The translations under genes were made by a program, and so were the position numbers. DNA of 60,369 nucleotides from an uncultured Nitrospina sp. (GTDB lineage: Bacteria > Nitrospinota > Nitrospinia > Nitrospinales > VA-1): positions 1-60,369 of the forward strand of contig CAZECX010000004.1 in the NCBI GenBank assembly GCA_964510965.1, in the 5' to 3' direction. The stretch's first letter is position 1, and each line of letters begins with the position of its first letter. A model generated the notes under the pieces. The model was not told the origin of the DNA and searched no databases. It worked only from the letters and a program-made list of their open reading frames with translations. Positions 57,650 to 60,369 of the stretch are shown here, in pieces.

Positions 57650-57677
57650 TTATCGACATTTTCGAATAAACACTTTA
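57650..57677 (-). promoter_or_regulatory. Possible sigma28 promoter pointing into the structured element
   Basis: Minus strand TAAA(GTGT)-N16-GTCGATAA; overlaps a GTGTTTAT/ATAAACAC inverted repeat. Confidence 0.35.
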
Positions 57678-57716
57678 TAGGCGAATCAGGTTTTTTGTCG
57701 CCAGACCGGAAAAAAC

Positions 57717-59546
57717 GTGCAGGTTCTCAATAATACCAGTCCAACCTTTTTCCCTTTCGACTCCAGCCGGACCAGCACCAATCCCACGGTTAACAGAGCC
57801 AGAAATACTATCAACCAAACTGAGGAAGATTCCTCAAATATCAGTCAATCCCTTTTTGACGAAATTTTTGTAAATAAAAGGAAAGTACCTCAATTGCAGG
57901 CCACTGGGCCTTTGGCAACATTGAGGACGGCGGATGCCATTTCACTTCTCACCCAGCGTTTCCAGTCTCAAAAAATACCTGTCATCGATGATCTGGATAA
58001 AAAAGAGTCCTTTGTTTTTGCCAGGCTGCGTCAATTGGATGACCTTTCGGATTCGCTAAAAGATTTAGAAGAAACGGTTGCAAATTTACTTTCGGCAAAT
58101 GGTCTCAATCCAAAATCAGCCTCTTCCTCTCGTTTCAGGGAAATTCTCGCTGCGGTGGGGAAAAATGCACCCTTGGATAGTATTGAGGTGAGAGCGGTTC
58201 AATTAGCCAAAACCGCTGAATTAGCTTCCGATGTGTTTGACCCTTCAACCAGACTCAATCTGAGCGGTAGTTTTTCTATCAATGGAGTCGAGGTCACAGT
58301 TGTTGCAAGCGATACCCTGGTAACTCTTAGAAATAAAATTAATTTTGGAGAAGACGTTAACCGAAACGGCGCGCTGGACCTTACAGAAGATGTTAATAAC
58401 AACGGAACTCTTGAAATTTTGCAGGTCGCAAATTCAGAATTCGGTAGTGGCGTTTTTATCAAAGAGGATGTCAATGACAATGGAGAAATAGACGCCAGCG
58501 AAGATACTAATGCAAACGATAGGCTCGATGGGGGGATCTCTGACAACAATGTTCTTGCATTGCTCAGGGACAACCGACTGGTGCTGGTCAGCCTCGCAGG
58601 AGGTAGCAACACGATTGACTTAAAAGACGACGATCACGTTCTTTTTGAATTGGGCTTTTTTGAATTAGATAGCAGGGGAGAGAAAGCTCAAAAAGAGATC
58701 CAACTAAACGATATAGCAAGACCGGATAACCTTGTTGTCCAACCCCAACAGGCAATCGCTGAGGTGGATGGAGAATTTTTCAGCAGCGATTCAAATGTTT
58801 TATCCGGCGTTATTGAAGATACTGCTCTGCTGTTGAAGCAAACTTCAGATACTTCTTCCAAGATCACCATCTTTATCGATGCCCCTACCTTTTTTGCCCA
58901 GATCAAAACCCTGTTCAGTCAATTCAATGATTCCATTTCCAAGGTCAATGACCTCCTAAACGGCAGTAGCACCTTTGAAAGTGATGGAGATATCCAGGAT
59001 ATTCGTAATGACCTGACCACCGAACCTCAAAAAAGAGCCCGGATTTTGGAGGAAAGGAATCGGATTATTGATGATTTTCGCGGTCGACCGGGGAACCCAC
59101 AGGCAACAGGTATTTCAGTAGCAAGTACAGAAAAGCAGACTCAGCAGGAAGTCGCGGTCACTTCCATTGTCCAGGCCATCCAAAGAGGGCTGACCTTTCC
59201 TTCACAAAACGGGGATGAAAACTTATTAAAAAGATTGAGCTCCATTGGAATTCGAACTTTGACTGACAACACCTTTGCTCTCGATGAAGCCGAATTCACT
59301 CGAGGACTGGAAAAAAATACTCAGGAGGTATTCGACTTGTTTACCAACACTGAAACGGGAATTCTTCCGGTGCTAGCTCAACAACTGGAAGATATTGTCC
59401 GAGACGATCGCGGTGACCTGGCCCTCAAGCAAAATAAAGTTGTTGTTCAATCGGGTGCTCCCAATGTTCTAGCGCAGAATTTTCGAAAATTTACTGAAAA
59501 CTCCAATCTGGAGGCAACGGTTCAAACCTTAATCGCGGTGGCATAA
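57717..59546 (+). CDS. fliD: Flagellar filament cap FliD-like protein with inserted Ca-binding-like repeats
   Basis: GTG start; IEVRAVQLAKT, LSGSFSING, QQAIAEVDG, QFNDSISKVN, LSSIGIRT...LDEAEF...EVFDLF FliD-C pattern. Confidence 0.8.
   Translation: MQVLNNTSPTFFPFDSSRTSTNPTVNRARNTINQTEEDSSNISQSLFDEIFVNKRKVPQLQATGPLATLRTADAISLLTQRFQSQKIPVIDDLDKKESFVFARLRQLDDLSDSLKDLEETVANLLSANGLNPKSASSSRFREILAAVGKNAPLDSIEVRAVQLAKTAELASDVFDPSTRLNLSGSFSINGVEVTVVASDTLVTLRNKINFGEDVNRNGALDLTEDVNNNGTLEILQVANSEFGSGVFIKEDVNDNGEIDASEDTNANDRLDGGISDNNVLALLRDNRLVLVSLAGGSNTIDLKDDDHVLFELGFFELDSRGEKAQKEIQLNDIARPDNLVVQPQQAIAEVDGEFFSSDSNVLSGVIEDTALLLKQTSDTSSKITIFIDAPTFFAQIKTLFSQFNDSISKVNDLLNGSSTFESDGDIQDIRNDLTTEPQKRARILEERNRIIDDFRGRPGNPQATGISVASTEKQTQQEVAVTSIVQAIQRGLTFPSQNGDENLLKRLSSIGIRTLTDNTFALDEAEFTRGLEKNTQEVFDLFTNTETGILPVLAQQLEDIVRDDRGDLALKQNKVVVQSGAPNVLAQNFRKFTENSNLEATVQTLIAVA
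58350..58530 (+). repeat. Four EDxNxNGxLD-type peptide repeats inside FliD
   Basis: EDVNRNGALD, EDVNNNGTLE, EDVNDNGEID, EDTNANDRLD in two pairs. Confidence 0.85.
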
Positions 59547-59548
59547 AA

Positions 59549-59977
59549 ATGCATGAGCAGAAAATAAAACAAAGTCTTGAAAATAAAATAACCCTTTTAG
59601 CTGAGCTTGCAGGGCAAATGAATCAGCAGATAAAAGCTATTGATGAAAACGATGAACCGTCTCTTGTTCGGATTCTCGATGCAAAGGAAAAGGTGATCGA
59701 GTCGCTGGTCAATGATGACAAGGAGTTGGATAAGCAGGTGGCTCTTCTTGATGAGAAAAACCGGGTGGCGATTGCAAAGAATCTCAAAGAGCTAGGGGTT
59801 CAGATCGAAATAGAAACAGAAAAAATTATTGAAATGGAAAACGATTGCGAGAAAAAGTTGATCAATGAAAAGCTGGAGCTTTTCGAAAAAATGAAGTCGC
59901 TGAAAAATGGGCGCACTTTATTAAAAGGATATGGAATGTCTACAAGAGTTAAACCAAAAATCAAAGGAAGTATATAG
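59549..59977 (+). CDS. FlgN/FliT-like flagellar export chaperone
   Basis: 142 aa all-helical, C-terminal LLKGY motif typical of FlgN; directly after fliD. Confidence 0.6.
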   Translation: MHEQKIKQSLENKITLLAELAGQMNQQIKAIDENDEPSLVRILDAKEKVIESLVNDDKELDKQVALLDEKNRVAIAKNLKELGVQIEIETEKIIEMENDCEKKLINEKLELFEKMKSLKNGRTLLKGYGMSTRVKPKIKGSI

Positions 59978-59992
59978 CGGAGGGAAAGGATT

Positions 59993-60253
59993 ATGGATTT
60001 TTCAATTGTACCTGTAAGTAAAGTTTTTAAAACTTATCAGGGGCAGGCACGAATTGCAGACTTGAATAAGAAAAGTTCGTTAAAAAGAGTGCAGGGGCAA
60101 GTGGATCAAGTTACCATTTCCAGCGCTGCCCGGCAGGCTTTACAGAGAAACCCCAATGGAGATAGACCTCAAGTAGCTGCTAAAGTGGCACCGGCTGCAG
60201 AAGCCAGCAAACCAGCCCCGACAACGACGAATGAGTTTGTCCCCGGCATATAA
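59993..60253 (+). CDS. Small FlgM-associated (DVU0524-like) protein
   Basis: VSKVFKTYQGQ and VDQVTISSAA motifs; AGGA RBS; position in a late flagellar operon. Family recalled, not searched. Confidence 0.5.
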   Translation: MDFSIVPVSKVFKTYQGQARIADLNKKSSLKRVQGQVDQVTISSAARQALQRNPNGDRPQVAAKVAPAAEASKPAPTTTNEFVPGI

Positions 60254-60369
60254 GTTTTCTTTTTATCTTATATGCCGGTTTTCGTTTTGATTGTGCCCCG
60301 GGTCTGTTAATATTCCTTCCTGATAAATTTTTTCCAGTATAGATTCCTTATGATTTGTGTTCCCATCGT

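Overview
A ~60 kb bacterial window. Gene content and style suggest a marine Nitrospinota-like organism (inference from remembered homologues, not a search). Left to right: (1) clpP-clpX-lon; (2) an MshL/MshM/MshN-like secretin-ATPase-TPR trio plus DUF502; (3) a sigma54-driven flagellar operon flgC-fliF-fliG-fliH-fliI-fliJ-motE-like that lacks flgB and fliE; (4) a ~9 kb osmolyte/signalling block (sarcosine/dimethylglycine methyltransferase, BCCT transporter, double-CHASE3 hybrid kinase, three related REC modules); (5) a 14.7 kb AT-rich island with no integrase, bounded by a 228-bp ~94%-identical direct repeat of the 3' end of the flagellar sigma54 response regulator. It encodes three radical SAM enzymes, a GT2, a methyltransferase, an SDR, a degenerate PurH-like protein, a triple TIGR04076-like Cys protein, an MBL-fold protein and two paralogous multi-pass membrane proteins; (6) flagellar regulators (TPR, PAS kinase, REC-AAA-HTH, GAF-GGDEF, HDOD, REC-less activator, PilZ); (7) an atypical flagellin, a VTT-flavoprotein fusion and an FGE-like protein; (8) a late-flagellar locus with sigma28 boxes, an acidic orphan protein, an unassigned ~253-nt structured GC-rich element, a FliD with Ca-binding-like repeats, and FlgN-like and DVU0524-like genes. 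The best candidates for undescribed biology are the repeat-bounded radical-SAM/PurH-like surface-modification island and the structured RNA plus sigma28-controlled acidic protein ahead of fliD. I saw no tRNA, rRNA, CRISPR array, transposase or integrase.
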